A stretch of DNA of 64,000 nt from NCBI RefSeq assembly GCF_963921235.1, contig NC_086106.1, positions 20,274,001-20,338,000 of the forward strand. The letters run 5' to 3'. The position numbers and the translations under genes are program-made. This stretch comes from Mobula hypostoma (Eukaryota). Shown piece after piece: positions 62,549 to 64,000 of this stretch (within the stretch, counting starts at the first letter, position 1; every line of letters starts with the position of its first letter). The notes beneath the pieces are model-generated. The model was not told the DNA's origin and made no database searches. It saw only the letters and a list, made by a program, of their open reading frames with translations.

Positions 62549-62928
62549 TGTCATGGTCCCTGCTTTGTCTAGTCCTGTAGCCAAACCTCGAAGGACCCAA
62601 GCATCGTCTAGTCCTGTAGCCACGTCATGTCCTTGGCTAGTTCCGGGGTCCGAGCCCGAGTCAAGACCCAGGTTCTGGGTCCTTATCCAGACTCTGGCTC
62701 GGAGACCAAGCCCAGGCTCCTAGTTCCCAGTTCCTTGTCCTGGTTCCGCTTTCCTAGTCTAGTCCTAGCCCAGGCCCTGTATCCTAGTCTCGTCCAGGGC
62801 CTGTGTCAATGTCTAGCGTCATTTCTTCCCCACTTCCCTTGCGTTCTTGTCAAACCTAGTCCTGTTCTTAGTACTTGAGTGTCTGTGTTTTACTTTTGGG
62901 TCCGCCTCTCAACGCCCCCTTTATGACA
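62549..62928. mobile_element. Solo LTR (TGTCATGG...TTATGACA) inserted in the RT of the Gypsy element
   Basis: Inverted TGTCAT/ATGACA termini; RT sequence resumes after it (..GYIVSRNGV); internal CCTAGTCC repeats. Confidence 0.72.
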
Positions 62929-64000
62929 AATATTGTGGGTACATAGTCTCGCGAAATGGAGTAGTAACAGATCCGTCTAATATAGAGGCGGTGACCACAT
63001 GGCCAAGGAACCCACTGAGCGCTTTGCGCTAGTTCCTTGACTTTTGTGAGTACTATTGGAGGACTACGCGAAAGTGAGCCACCCTTTAAATCAACTTCTG
63101 TGCGATTACCCTGCCTTGGGGTTGGACGAAATTAGAGGAGGGTAAAGATTATCTTAACCCTTCGGCACCTTTTGGGACGAGATAGGATGCGAAATGTGAA
63201 GAGGCCTTTCAGCCTCTGAAGGAGCTGCTGACAAAAGCCCCTGTGCTGGCTTTTGCAGATCCCTGATTGCCGTATGTACGGCATACGGATGCCAGCAGAG
63301 AGGGCTTAGGCGGGGGTGTCCTGTATCAGGATCAGGATACAGTGTTGAGACTTGCTGCATTTGTCAGCCGGAATCTGTCACCCTCTGAAAAAAACTATCC
63401 TACGCATAAGTTGGAGTTCCTGATCTTGAAATAGGCTAAACAGGGAAATAGGGGAGTGAAAGGTTAAGTGACAACCTCTATAGTGCCAATTTTGAAGTAA
63501 GGACGGACAGCAATCTTCTAACTTATATCCTGACCTCGGCCATATTGGATACCACAGGCCATCGGTGCTTGGCGGCGTTATCTGCCTATGATTTCAGCCT
63601 GAAGTAGCGGCTGGGAAGTAGGAACATTGATGCCGATGCACTGTCCCGACGCGCGCGTGACGGGCCGGACGGGGACGGAGAATGTTCCTGCCCCTGGAGT
63701 GAAAGCCATGGGCCAATTTTCCATCAAGGTAAAGGCAGAGGAAAGATAAGGGCAGAATCCAGCGCGAGAGCAACTGGGAGCTTCTGATGGCGGCATTCCG
63801 CAAGCTTACTGCAACCTGAAGGCTCTGCAGAGAAACCAATTGCCGGAATTCTGTCTTAGGGAAGTAGCAGATGCTCAGCCAGATGGCGCGGGCATCAGTA
63901 CTGTTTGGCCAGCGGTCGAAAAGGGAGACATGGCCCATGCGGACAGGCCGAAATACGCTGTGGTGTCTGAATTACTGAGATTATGTCCCAGATTGTAGTT

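Larger units (their letters stand above)
58720..64000 (+). mobile_element. Ty3/Gypsy element with PNMA/Ma-like gag, decayed pol, runs off window end
   Basis: 5' LTR ends ..GGGGTTTTCA 59601; PBS 59605-59622; gag YRKLKMFSG and QEKGEKLSSHIFQL..LVELIREVRKEE; RT 62143-62530 (WSGYYQI, YLND); RNase H YPTHKLEFL. Confidence 0.85.

Noticed and set aside
1-64000. V, D or C exons (TCR, IgH-like V, NAR-TCR) and 23-RSS
   Set aside because: No YYC/WYRQ-type V motifs, Ig-C motifs or heptamer-23-nonamer found by eye; a short D could have been missed.

Overview
Vertebrate genomic DNA, most likely a cartilaginous fish and probably a ray or skate (inferred from V-SINE/HE1-like, CR1, Rex-Babar and R4/Dong-like repeats). 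Positions ~390-31,270 hold a minus-strand array of T-cell receptor alpha joining (TRAJ) segments. I read 32 by eye; each is 12-RSS > 60-66 nt J exon (F-G-x-G-T-x-L-x-V-x-P) > splice donor. 20 look intact, 2 have intact signals but a non-canonical FGxG, and 10 are defective (stop, frameshift, dead donor, dead RSS or LINE insertion). A ~2.4 kb unit carrying three J positions is tandemly triplicated (12,795-19,842). No V, D or C exon was found. By orientation, C-alpha should lie left of the window and the V/delta region to the right. From ~33.7 kb to the end the DNA is almost entirely nested, decayed transposons (CR1, Rex-Babar, three Gypsy LTR elements, Tc1, Penelope, solo LTRs). Best leads: (1) a pseudo-J-alpha-like terminal J with a good RSS but dead donor, next to a candidate spliced non-coding (TEA-like) transcript; (2) a CpG-rich ETS-CRE LTR pointing at the J array; (3) CDR3-restricted divergence among triplicated J copies; (4) a J split by a LINE. 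All calls were made by eye without alignments or database searches; repeat boundaries are approximate.
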